A DNA stretch of 64,000 bases from Balanoglossus misakiensis (Eukaryota > Animalia > Hemichordata), in the NCBI GenBank assembly GCA_040954595.2, contig CM082585.2, positions 11,745,863 to 11,809,862 on the forward strand. The letters are read 5' to 3'. A model generated the notes under the pieces. That model had not been told where the DNA came from. It did no database searches and was given only the letters and a program-made list of their open reading frames with translations. The translations under genes were made by a program, and so were the position numbers. Positions 1 to 13,800 of the stretch are shown piece by piece (within the stretch, counting starts at the first letter, position 1; each line of letters starts with the position of its first letter).

Positions 1-3000
1 GATTTTTGACGATTTTCCTGAGCTATAACCCATGATTTTTTCAAAAAATGGCCAAATTTTCAAAATCGCAACTCCAAAAATCGTCGATTTTTGACGATTT
101 TCCTGAGCTATAACCCATGGATTTTTTCAAAAAATGGCCAAATTTTCAAAATTCGCAAACTCCAAAAATCGTCGAGGATTTTTGACGATTTTCCTGAGCT
201 ATAACCCATGATTTTTTCAAAAAATGGCCAAATTTTCAAAATTCGCAAACTCCAAAAATCGTCGATTTTTGACGATTTTCCTGAGCTATAACCCATGATT
301 TTTTCAAAAAATGGCCAAATTTTCAAAATTCGCAAACTCCAAAAATCGTCGATTTTTGACGATTTTCCTGAGCTATAACCCATGATTTTTTCAAAAAATG
401 GCCAAATTTTCAAAATTCGCAAACTCCAAAAATCGTCGATTTTTGACGATTTTCCTGAGCTATAACCCATGATTTTTTCAAAAAATGGCCAAATTTTCAA
501 AATTCGCAAACTCCAAAAATCGTCGATTTTTGACGATTTTCCTGAGCTATAACCCATGGTTTTTTCAAAAAATGGCCAAATTTTCAAAATTCGCAAACTC
601 CAAAAATCGTCGATTTTTGACGATTTTCCTGAGCTATAACCCATGGTTTTTTCAAAAAATGGCCAAATTTTCAAAATTCGCAAACTCCAAAAATCGTCGA
701 TTTTTGACGATTTTCCTGAGCTATAACCCATGGTTTTTTCAAAAAATGGCCAAATTTTCAAAATTCGCAAACTCCAAAAATCGTCGATTTTTGACGATTT
801 TCCTGAGCTATAACCCATGGTTTTTTCAAAAAATGGCCAAATTTTCAAAATTCGCAAACTCCAAAAATCGTCGATTTTTGACGATTTTCCTGAGCTATAA
901 CCCATGGTTTTTTCAAAAAATGGCCAAATTTCAAAATTCGCAAACTCCAAAAATCGTCGATTTTTGACGATTTTCCTGAGCTATAACCCATGGTTTTTTC
1001 AAAAAATGGCCAAATTTTCAAAATTCGCAAACTCCAAAAATCGTCGATTTTTGACGATTTTCCTGAGCTATAACCCATGGTTTTTTCAAAAAATGGCCAA
1101 ATTTTCAAAATTCGCAAACTCCAAAAATCGTCGATTTTTGACGATTTTCCTGAGCTATAACCCATGGTTTTTTCAAAAAATGGCCAAATTTTCAAAATTC
1201 GCAAACTCCAAAAATCGTCGATTTTTGACGATTTTCCTGAGCTATAACCCATGGTTTTTTCAAAAAATGGCCAAATTTTCAAAATTCGCAAACTCCAAAA
1301 ATCGTCGATTTTTGACGATTTTCCTGAGCTATAACCCATGGTTTTTTCAAAAAATGGCCAAATTTTCAAAATTCGCAAACTCCAAAAATCGTCGATTTTT
1401 GACGATTTTCCTGAGCTATAACCCATGAGTTTTTTCAAAAAAATGGCCAAATTTTCAAAATTCGCAAACTCCAAAAATCGTCGATTTTTGACGATTTTCC
1501 TGAGCTATAACCCATGGATTTTTTCAAAAAATGGCCAAATTTTCAAAATTCGCAAACTCCAAAAATCGTCGATTTTTGACGATTTTCCTGAGCTATAACC
1601 CATGATTTTTTCAAAAAATGGCCAAATTTTCAAAATTCGCAAACTCCAAAAATCGTCGATTTTTGACGATTTTCCTGAGCTATAACCCATGATTTTTTCA
1701 AAAAATGGCCAAATTTTCAAAATTCGCAAACTCCAAAAATCGTCGATTTTTGACGATTTTCCTGAGCTATAACCCATGATTTTTTCAAAAAATGGCCAAA
1801 TTTTCAAAATTCGCAAACTCCAAAAATCGTCGATTTTTGACGATTTTCCTGAGCTATAACCCATGATTTTTTCAAAAAATGGCCAAATTTTCAAAATTCG
1901 CAAACTCCAAAAATCGTCGATTTTTGACGATTTTCCTGAGCTATAACCCATGATTTTTTCAAAAAATGGCCAAATTTTCAAAATTCGCAAACTCCAAAAA
2001 TCGTCGATTTTTGACGATTTTCCTGAGCTATAACCCATGTTTTTTCAAAAAATGGCCAAATTTTCAAAATTCGCAAACTCCAAAAATCGTCGATTTTTGA
2101 CGATTTTCCTGAGCTATAACCCATGGTTTTTTCAAAAAATGGCCAAATTTTCAAAATTCGCAAACTCCAAAAATCGTCGATTTTTGACGATTTTCCTGAG
2201 CTATAACCCATGGTTTTTTCAAAAATGGCCAAATTTTCAAAATTCGCAAACTCCAAAAATCGTCGATTTTTGACGATTTTCCTGAGCTATAACCCATGGT
2301 TTTTTTCAAAAAATGGCCAAATTTTCAAAATTCGCAAACTCCAAAAATCGTCGATTTTTGACGATTTTCCTGAGCTATAACCCATGGTTTTTTCAAAAAA
2401 TGGCCAAATTTTCAAAATTCGCAAACTCCAAAAATCGTCGATTTTTGACGATTTTCCTGAGCTATAACCCATGGTTTTTTCAAAAAATGGCCAAATTTTC
2501 AAAATTCGCAAACTCCAAAAATCGTCGATTTTTGACGATTTTCCTGAGCTATAACCCATGGTTTTTTCAAAAAATGGCCAAATTTTCAAAATTCGCAAAC
2601 TCCAAAAATCGTCGATTTTGACGATTTTCCTGAGCTATAACCCATGGTTTTTTCAAAAATGGCCAAATTTTCAAAATTCGCAAACTCCAAAAATCGTCGA
2701 TTTTTGACGATTTTCCTGAGCTATAACCCATGTTTTTTCAAAAAATGGCCAAATTTTCAAAATTCGCAAACTCCAAAAATCGTCGATTTTTGACGATTTT
2801 CCTGAGCTATAACCCATGATTTTTTCAAAAAATGGCCAAATTTTCAAAATTCGCAAACTCCAAAAATCGTCGATTTTTTGACGATTTTCCTGAGCTATAA
2901 CCCATGATTTTTTCAAAAAATGGCCAAATTTTCAAAATTCGCAAACTCCAAAAATCGTCGATTTTTGACGATTTTCCTGAGCTATAACCCATGATTTTTT

Positions 3001-6000
3001 CAAAAAATGGCCAAATTTTCAAAATTCGCAAACTCCAAAAATCGTCGATTTTTGACGATTTTCCTGAGCTATAACCCATGGATTTTTTCAAAAAATGGCC
3101 AAATTTTCAAAATTCGCAAACTCCAAAAATCGTCGATTTTTGACGATTTTCCTGAGCTATAACCCATGGTTTTTTCAAAAAATGGCCAAATTTTCAAAAT
3201 TCGCAAACTCCAAAAATCGTCGATTTTTGACGATTTTCCTGAGCTATAACCCATGGTTTTTTCAAAAAATGGCCAAATTTTCAAAATTCGCAAACTCCAA
3301 AAATCGTCGATTTTTGACGATTTTCCTGAGCTATAACCCATGGTTTTTTCAAAAAATGGCCAAATTTTCAAAATTCGCAAACTCCAAAAATCGTCGATTT
3401 TTGACGATTTTCCTGAGCTATAACCCATGGTTTTTTCAAAAAATGGCCAAATTTTCAAAATTCGCAAACTCCAAAAATCGTCGATTTTTGACGATTTTCC
3501 TGAGCTATAACCCATGGTTTTTTCAAAAAATGGCCAAATTTTCAAAATTCGCAAAACTCCAAAAATCGTCGATTTTTGACGATTTTCCTGAGCTATAACC
3601 CATGGTTTTTTCAAAAAATGGCCAAATTTTCAAAATTCGCAAACTCCAAAAATCGTCGATTTTTGACGATTTTCCTGAGCTATAACCCATGGTTTTTTCA
3701 AAAAATGGCCAAATTTTCAAAATTCGCAAACTCCAAAAATCGTCGATTTTTGACGATTTTCCTGAGCTATAACCCATGGTTTTTTCAAAAAATGGCCAAA
3801 TTTTCAAAATTCGCAAACTCCAAAAATCGTCGATTTTTGACGATTTTCCTGAGCTATAACCCATGGTTTTTTCAAAAAATGGCCAAATTTTCAAAATTCG
3901 CAAACTCCAAAAATCGTCGATTTTTGACGATTTTCCTGAGCTATAACCCATGGTTTTTTCAAAAAATGGCCAAATTTTCAAAATTCGCAAACTCCAAAAA
4001 TCGTCGATTTTTGACGATTTTCCTGAGCTATAACCCATGGTTTTTTCAAAAAATGGCCAAATTTTCAAAATTCGCAAACTCCAAAAATCGTCGATTTTTG
4101 ACGATTTTCCTGAGCTATAACCCATGGTTTTTCAAAAAATGGCCAAATTTTCAAAATTCGCAAACTCCAAAAATCGTCGATTTTTGACGATTTTCCTGAG
4201 CTATAACCCATGGTTTTTTCAAAAAATGGCCAAATTTTCAAAATTCGCAAACTCCAAAAATCGTCGATTTTTGACGATTTTCCTGAGCTATAACCCATGG
4301 TTTTTTCAAAAAATGGCCAAATTTTCAAAATTCGCAAACTCCAAAAATCGTCGATTTTTGACGATTTTCCTGAGCTATAACCCATGGTTTTTTCAAAAAT
4401 GGCCAAATTTTCAAAATTCGCAAACTCCAAAAATCGTCGATTTTTGACGATTTTCCTGAGCTATAACCCATGGTTTTTTCAAAAAATGGCCAAATTTTCA
4501 AAATTCGCAAACTCCAAAAATCGTCGAATTTTTGACGATTTTCCTGAGCTATAACCCATGGTTTTTTCAAAAAATGGCCAAATTTTCAAAATTCGCAAAC
4601 TCCAAAAATCGTCGATTTTTGACGATTTTCCTGAGCTATAACCCATGGTTTTTTCAAAAAATGGCCAAATTTTCAAAATTCGCAAACTCCAAAAATCGTC
4701 GATTTTTGACGATTTTCCTGAGCTATAACCCATGGTTTTTTCAAAAAATGGCCAAATTTTCAAAATTCGCAAACTCCAAAAATCGTCGATTTTTGACGAT
4801 TTTCCTGAGCTATAACCCATGGTTTTTTCAAAAAATGGCCAAATTTTCAAAATTCGCAAACTCCAAAAATCGTCGATTTTTGACGATTTTCCTGAGCTAT
4901 AACCCATGGTTTTTTCAAAAAATGGCCAAATTTTCAAAATTCGCAAACTCCAAAAATCGTCGATTTTTGACGATTTTCCTGAGCTATAACCCATGGTTTT
5001 TTCAAAAAATGGCCAAATTTTCAAAATTCGCAAACTCCAAAAATCGTCGATTTTTGACGATTTTCCTGAGCTATAACCCATGGTTTTTTCAAAAAATGGC
5101 CAAATTTTCAAAATTCGCAAACTCCAAAAATCGTCGATTTTTGACGATTTTCCTGAGCTATAACCCATGGTTTTTTCAAAAAATGGCCAAATTTTCAAAA
5201 TTCGCAAACTCCAAAAATCGTCGATTTTTGACGATTTTCCTGAGCTATAACCCATGGTTTTTTCAAAAAATGGCCAAATTTTCAAAATTCGCAAACTCCA
5301 AAAATCGTCGATTTTTGACGATTTTCCTGAGCTATAACCCATGGTTTTTTCAAAAAATGGCCAAATTTTCAAAATTCGCAAACTCCAAAAATCGTCGATT
5401 TTTGACGATTTTCCTGAGCTATAACCCATGGTTTTTTCAAAAAATGGCCAAATTTTCAAAATTCGCAAACTCCAAAAATCGTCGATTTTTGACGATTTTC
5501 CTGAGCTATAACCCATGGTTTTTTCAAAAAATGGCCAAATTTTCAAAATTCGCAAACTCCAAAATCGTCGATTTTGACGATTTTCCTGAGCTATAACCCA
5601 TGGTTTTTTCAAAAAATGGCCAAATTTTCAAAATTCGCAAACTCCAAAAATCGTCGATTTTTGACGATTTTCCCTGAGCTATAACCCATGGTTTTTTCAA
5701 AAAATGGCCAAATTTTCAAAATTCGCAAACTCCAAAAATCGTCGATTTTTGACGATTTTCCTGAGCTATAACCCATGGTTTTTTCAAAAAATGGCCAAAT
5801 TTTCAAAATTCGCAAACTCCAAAAATCGTCGATTTTTGACGATTTTCCTGAGCTATAACCCATGGTTTTTTCAAAAAATGGCCAAATTTCAAAATTCGCA
5901 AACTCCAAAAATCGTCGATTTTTGACGATTTTCCTGAGCTATAACCCATGGTTTTTTCAAAAAATGGCCAAATTTTCAAAATTCGCAAACTCCAAAAATC

Positions 6001-7889
6001 GTCGATTTTTGACGATTTTCCTGAGCTATAACCCATGGTTTTTTCAAAAAATGGCCAAATTTTCAAAATTCGCAAACTCCAAAAATCGTCGATTTTTGAC
6101 GATTTTCCTGAGCTATAACCCATGGTTTTTTCAAAAAATGGCCAAATTTTCAAAATTCGCAAACTCCAAAAATCGTCGATTTTTGACGATTTTCCTGAGC
6201 TATAACCCATGGTTTTTTCAAAAAATGGCCAAATTTTCAAAATTCGCAAACTCCAAAAATCGTCGATTTTTGACGATTTTCCTGAGCTATAACCCATGGT
6301 TTTTTCAAAAAATGGCCAAATTTTCAAAATTCGCAAACTCCAAAAATCGTCGATTTTTGACGATTTTCCTGAGCTATAACCCATGGTTTTTTCAAAAAAT
6401 GGCCAAATTTTCAAAATTCGCAAACTCCAAAAATCGTCAATTTTTGACGATTTTCCTGAGCTATAACCCATGGTTTTTTCAAAAAATGGCCAAATTTTCA
6501 AAATTCGCAAACTCCAAAAATCGTCGATTTTTGACGATTTTCCTGAGCTATAACCCATGGTTTTTTCAAAAAATGGCCAAATTTTCAAAATTCGCAAACT
6601 CCAAAAATCGTCGATTTTTGACGATTTTCCTGAGCTATAACCCATGGTTTTTTCAAAAAATGGCCAAATTTTCAAAATTCGCAAACTCCAAAAATCGTCG
6701 ATTTTTGACGATTTTCCTGAGCTATAACCCATGGTTTTTTCAAAAAATGGCCAAATTTTCAAAATTCGCAAACTCCAAAAATCGTCGATTTTTGACGATT
6801 TTCCTGAGCTATAACCCATGGTTTTTTCAAAAAATGGCCAAATTTTCAAAATTCGCAAACTCCAAAAATCGTCGATTTTTGACGATTTTCCTGAGCTATA
6901 ACCCATGGTTTTTTCAAAAAATGGCCAAATTTTCAAAATTCGCAAACTCCAAAAATCGTCGATTTTTGACGATTTTCCTGAGCTATAACCCATGGTTTTT
7001 TCAAAAAATGGCCAAATTTTCAAAATTCGCAAACTCCAAAAATCGTCGATTTTTGACGATTTTCCTGAGCTATAACCCATGGTTTTTTCAAAAAATGGCC
7101 AAATTTTCAAAATTCGCAAACTCCAAAAATCGTCGATTTTTGACGATTTTCCTGAGCTATAACCATGGTTTTTTCAAAAAATGGCCAAATTTTCAAAATT
7201 CGCAAACTCCAAAAATCGTCGATTTTTGACGATTTTCCTGAGCTATAACCCATGGTTTTTTCAAAAAATGGCCAAATTTTCAAAATTCGCAAACTCCAAA
7301 AATCGTCGATTTTTGACGATTTTCCTGAGCTATAACCCATGGTTTTTTCAAAAAATGGCCAAATTTTCAAAATTCGCAAACTCCAAAAATCGTCGATTTT
7401 TGACGATTTTCCTGAGCTATAACCCATGGTTTTTTTCAAAAAATGGCCAAATTTTCAAAATTCGCAAACTCCAAAAATCGTCGATTTTTGACGATTTTCC
7501 TGAGCTATAACCCATGGTTTTTTCAAAAAATGGCCAAATTTTCAAAATTCGCAAACTCCAAAAATCGTCGATTTTTGACGATTTTCCTGAGCTATAACCC
7601 ATGGTTTTTTCAAAAAATGGCCAAATTTTCAAAATTCGCAAACTCCAAAAATCGTCGATTTTTGACGATTTTCCTGAGCTATAACCCATGGTTTTTTCAA
7701 AAAATGGCCAAATTTTCAAAATTCGCAAACTCCAAAAATCGTCGATTTTTGACGATTTTCCTGAGCTATAACCCATGGTTTTTTCAAAAATGGCCAAATT
7801 TTCAAAATTCGCAAACTCCAAAAATCGTCGATTTTTGACGATTTTCCTGAGCTATAACCCATGATTTTTTCAAAAAATGGCCAAATTTT
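1..7889 (+). repeat. 87-bp tandem satellite, left arm (~90 monomers; continues beyond window start)
   Basis: Monomer ttttttcaaaaaatggccaaattttcaaaattcgcaaactccaaaaatcgtcgatttttgacgattttcctgagctataacccatg[g/a] (87 bp), repeated head-to-tail almost perfectly. Differences are mainly homopolymer indels and the final g/a. The ORF track shows a 29-aa period. Confidence 0.99.
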
Positions 7890-10800
7890 TGGAGTTTGCG
7901 AATTTTGAAAATTTGGCCATTTTTTGAAAAAACCATGGGTTATAGCTCAGGAAAATCGTCAAAATCGACGATTTTTGGAGTTTGCGAATTTTGAAAATTT
8001 GGCCATTTTTTGAAAAAATCATGGGTTATAGCTCAGGAAAATCGTCAAAAATCGACGATTTTTGGAGTTTGCGAATTTTGAAAATTTGGCCATTTTTTTG
8101 AAAAAATCATGGGTTATAGCTCAGGAAAATCGTCAAAAATCGACGATTTTTGGAGTTTGCGAATTTTGAAAATTTGGCCATTTTTTGAAAAAACCATGGG
8201 TTATAGCTCAGGAAAATAGTCAAAAATCGACGATTTTTGGAGTTTGCGAATTTTGAAAATTTGGCCATTTTTTGAAAAAATCATGGGTTATAGCTCAGGA
8301 AAATCGTCAAAAATCGACGATTTTTGGAGTTTGCGAATTTTGAAAATTTGGCCATTTTTTGAAAAAATCATGGGTTATAGCTCAGGAAAATCGTCAAAAA
8401 TCGACGATTTTGGAGTTTGCGAATTTTGAAAATTTGGCCATTTTTTGAAAAAATCATGGGTTATAGCTCAGGAAAATCGTCAAAAATCGACGATTTTTGG
8501 AGTTTGCGAATTTTGAAAATTTGGCCATTATTTGAAAAAATCATGGGTTATAGCTCAGGAAAATCGTCAAAAATCGACGATTTTTGGAGTTTGCGAATTT
8601 TGAAAATTTGGCCATTTTTTGAAAAAATCATGGGTTATAGCTCAGGAAAATCGTCAAAAATCGACGATTTTTGGAGTTTGCGAATTTTGAAAATTTGGCC
8701 ATTTTTTGAAAAAATCATGGGTTATAGCTCAGGAAAATCGTCAAAAATCGACGATTTTTGGAGTTTGCGAATTTTGAAAATTTGGCCATTTTTTGAAAAA
8801 ATCATGGGTTATAGCTCAGGAAAATCGTCAAAAATCGACGATTTTTGGAGTTTGCGAATTTTGAAAATTTGGCCATTTTTGAAAAAATCATGGGTTATAG
8901 CTCAGGAAAATCGTCAAAAATCGACGATTTTTGGAGTTTGCGAATTTTGAAAATTTGGCCATTTTTTGAAAAAATCATGGGTTATAGCTCAGGAAAATCG
9001 TCAAAAATCGACGATTTTTGGAGTTTGCGAATTTTGAAAATTTGGCCATTTTTTGAAAAAATCATGGGTTATAGCTCAGGAAAATCGTCAAAAATCGACG
9101 ATTTTTGGAGTTTGCGAATTTTGAAAATTTGGCCATTTTTTGAAAAAATCATGGGTTATAGCTCAGGAAAATCGTCAAAAATCGACGATTTTTGGAGTTT
9201 GCGAATTTTGAAAATTTGGCCATTTTTTGAAAAAATCATGGGTTATAGCTCAGGAAAATCGTCAAAAATCGACGATTTTTGGAGTTTGCGAATTTTGAAA
9301 ATTTGGCCATTTTTTGAAAAAATCATGGGTTATAGCTCAGGAAAATCGTCAAAAATCGACGATTTTTGGAGTTTGCGAATTTTGAAAATTTGGCCATTTT
9401 TTGAAAAAATCATGGGTTATAGCTCAGGAAAATCGTCAAAAATCGACGATTTTTGGAGTTTGCGAATTTTGAAAATTTGGCCATTTTTTGAAAAAATCAT
9501 GGGTTATAGTTCAGGACAATCGTCAAAAATCGACGATTTTTGGAGTTTGCGAATTTTGAAAATTTGGCCATTTTTTGAAAAAATCATGGGTTATAGCTCA
9601 GGAAAATCGTCAAAAATCGACGATTTTTGGAGTTTGCGAATTTTGAAAATTTGGCCATTTTTTGAAAAAATCATGGGTTATAGCTCAGGAAAATCGTCAA
9701 AAATGGACGATTTTTGGAGTTTGCGAATTTTGAAAATTTGGCCATTTTTTGAAAAAATCATGGGTTATAGCTCAGGAAAATCGTCAAAAACGGACGATTT
9801 TTGGAGTTTGCGAATTTTGAAAATTTGGCCATTTTTTGAAAAAATCATGGGTTATAGCTCAGGAAAATCGTCAAAAATCGACGATTTTTGGAGTTTGCGA
9901 ATTTTGAAAAATTTGGCCATTTTTTGAAAAAATCATGGGTTATAGCTCAGGAAAATCGTCAAAAATCGACGATTTTTGGAGTTTGCGAATTTTGAAAATT
10001 TGGCCATTTTTTGAAAAAATCATGGGTTATAGCTCAGGAAAATCGTCAAAAATGGACGATTTTTGGAGTTTGCGAATTTTGAAAATTTGGCCATTTTTTG
10101 AAAAAATCATGGGTTATAGCTCAGGAAAATCGTCAAAAATGGACGATTTTGGAGTTTGCGAATTTTAAAAATTTAGCCATTTTTTGAAAAAATCATGGGT
10201 TATAGCTCAGGAAAATCGTCAAAAATCGACGATTTTTGGAGTTTGCGAATTTTGAAAATTTGGCCATTTTTTGAAAAAATCATGGGTTATAGCTCAGGAA
10301 AATCGTCAAAAATGGACGATTTTTGGAGTTTGCGAATTTTGAAAATTTGGCCATTTTTTGAAAAAATCATGGGTTATAGCTCAGGAAAATCGTCAAAAAT
10401 CGACGATTTTTGGAGTTTGCGAATTTTGAAAATTTGGCCATTTTTTGAAAAAATCATGGGTTATAGCTCAGGAAAATCGTCAAAAATCGACGATTTTTGG
10501 AGTTTGCGAATTTTGAAAATTTGGCCATTTTTTTGAAAAAATCATGGGTTATAGTTCAGGACAATCGTCAAAAATCGACGATTTTTGGAGTTTGCGAATT
10601 TTGAAAATTTGGCCATTTTTTGAAAAAATCATGGGTTATAGCTCAGGAAAATCGTCAAAAATCGACGATTTTTGGAGTTTGCGAATTTTGAAAATTTGGC
10701 CATTTTTTGAAAAAATCATGGGTTATAGCTCAGGAAAATCGTCAAAAATGGACGATTTTTGGAGTTTGCGAATTTTGAAAATTTGGCCATTTTTGAAAAA

Positions 10801-13800
10801 ATCATGGGTTATAGCTCAGGAAAATCGTCAAAAACGGACGATTTTTGGAGTTTGCGAATTTTGAAAATTTGGCCATTTTTTGAAAAAATCATGGGTTATA
10901 GCTCAGGAAAATCGTCAAAAATCGACGATTTTTGGAGTTTGCGAATTTTGAAAATTTGGCCATTTTTTGAAAAAATCATGGGTTATAGCTCAGGAAAATC
11001 GTCAAAAATCGACGATTTTTGGAGTTTGCGAATTTTGAAAATTTGGCCATTTTTTGAAAAAATCATGGGTTATAGCTCAGGAAAATCGTCAAAAATCGAC
11101 GATTTTTGGAGTTTGCGAATTTTGAAAATTTGGCCATTTTTTGAAAAAATCATGGGTTATAGTTCAGGACAATCGTCAAAAATCGACGATTTTTGGAGTT
11201 TGCGAATTTTGAAAATTTGGCCATTTTTTGAAAAAATCATGGGTTATAGCTCAGGAAAATCGTCAAAAATCGACGATTTTTGGAGTTTGCGAATTTTGAA
11301 AATTTGGCCATTTTTTGAAAAAATCATGGGTTATAGCTCAGGAAAATCGTCAAAAATGGACGATTTTTGGAGTTTGCGAATTTTGAAAATTTGGCCATTT
11401 TTTGAAAAAATCATGGGTTATAGCTCAGGAAAATCGTCAAAAACGGACGATTTTTGGAGTTTGCGAATTTTGAAAATTTGGCCATTTTTTGAAAAAATCA
11501 TGGGTTATAGCTCAGGAAAATCGTCAAAAACGGACGATTTTTGGAGTTTGCGAATTTTGAAAATTTGGCCATTTTTTGAAAAAATCATGGGTTATAGCTC
11601 AGGAAAATCGTCAAAAATGGACGATTTTTGGAGTTTGCGAATTTTGAAAATTTGGCCATTTTTTGAAAAAATCATGGGTTATAGCTCAGGAAAATCGTCA
11701 AAAATGGACGATTTTTGGAGTTTGCGAATTTTGAAAATTTGGCCATTTTTGAAAAAATCATGGGTTATAGCTCAGGAAAATCGTCAAAAATGGACGATTT
11801 TTGGAGTTTGCGAATTTTGAAAATTTGGCCATTTTTGAAAAAATCATGGGTTATAGCTCAGGAAAATCGTCAAAAATGGACGATTTTTGGAGTTTGCGAA
11901 TTTTAAAAATTTAGCCATTTTTTGAAAAAATCATGGGTTATAGCTCAGGAAAATCGTCAAAAATCGACGATTTTTGGAGTTTGCGAATTTTGAAAATTTG
12001 GCCATTTTTTGAAAAAATCATGGGTTATAGCTCAGGAAAATCGTCAAAAATCGACGATTTTTGGAGTTTGCGAATTTTGAAAATTTGGCCATTTTTTGAA
12101 AAAATCATGGGTTATAGCTCAGGAAAATCGTCAAAAATCGACGATTTTTGGAGTTTGCGAATTTTGAAAATTTGGCCATTTTTTGAAAAAATCATGGGTT
12201 ATAGCTCAGGAAAATCGTCAAAAATCGACGATTTTTGGAGTTTGCGAATTTTGAAAATTTGGCCATTTTTTGAAAAAAATCATGGGTTATAGCTCAGGAA
12301 AATCGTCAAAAATCGACGATTTTTGGAGTTTGCGAATTTTGAAAATTTGGCCATTTTTTGAAAAAATCATGGGTTATAGCTCAGGAAAATCGTCAAAAAT
12401 GGACGATTTTTGGAGTTTGCGAATTTTGAAAATTTGGCCATTTTTTGAAAAAATCATGGGTTATAGCTCAGGAAAATCGTCAAAAATCGACGATTTTTGG
12501 AGTTTGCGAATTTTGAAAATTTGGCCATTTTTTGAAAAAATCATGGGTTATAGCTCAGGAAAATCGTCAAAAATCGACGATTTTTGGAGTTTGCGAATTT
12601 TGAAAATTTGGCCATTTTTTGAAAAAATCATGGGTTATAGCTCAGGAAAATCGTCAAAAATCGACGATTTTTGGAGTTTGCGAATTTTGAAAATTTGGCC
12701 ATTTTTTGAAAAAATCATGGGTTATAGTTCAGGACAATCGTCAAAAATCGACGATTTTTGGAGTTTGCGAATTTTGAAAATTTGGCCATTTTTTGAAAAA
12801 ATCATGGGTTATAGCTCAGGAAAATCGTCAAAAATCGACGATTTTTGGAGTTTGCGAATTTTGAAAATTTGGCCATTTTTTGAAAAAATCATGGGTTATA
12901 GCTCAGGAAAATCGTCAAAAATGGACGATTTTTGGAGTTTGCGAATTTTGAAAATTTGGCCATTTTTTGAAAAAATCATGGGTTATAGCTCAGGAAAATC
13001 GTCAAAAACGGACGATTTTTGGAGTTTGCGAATTTTGAAAATTTGGCCATTTTTTGAAAAAATCATGGGTTATAGCTCAGGAAAATCGTCAAAAACGGAC
13101 GATTTTTGGAGTTTGCGAATTTTGAAAATTTGGCCATTTTTTGAAAAAATCATGGGTTATAGCTCAGGAAAATCGTCAAAAATGGACGATTTTTGGAGTT
13201 TGCGAATTTTGAAAATTTGGCCATTTTTTGAAAAAATCATGGGTTATAGCTCAGGAAAATCGTCAAAAATGGACGATTTTTGGAGTTTGCGAATTTTGAA
13301 AATTTGGCCATTTTTTGAAAAAATCATGGGTTATAGCTCAGGAAAATCGTCAAAAATGGACGATTTTTGGAGTTTGCGAATTTTGAAAATTTGGCCATTT
13401 TTGAAAAAATCATGGGTTATAGCTCAGGAAAATCGTCAAAAATGGACGATTTTTGGAGTTTGCGAATTTTAAAAATTTAGCCATTTTTTGAAAAAATCAT
13501 GGGTTATAGCTCAGGAAAATCGTCAAAAATCGACGATTTTTGGAGTTTGCGAATTTTGAAAATTTGGCCATTTTTTGAAAAAATCATGGGTTATAGCTCA
13601 GGAAAATCGTCAAAAATCGACGATTTTTGGAGTTTGCGAATTTTGAAAATTTGGCCATTTTTTGAAAAAATCATGGGTTATAGCTCAGGAAAATCGTCAA
13701 AAATCGACGATTTTTGGAGTTTGCGAATTTTGAAAATTTGGCCATTTTTTGAAAAAATCATGGGTTATAGCTCAGGAAAATCGTCAAAAATCGACGATTT

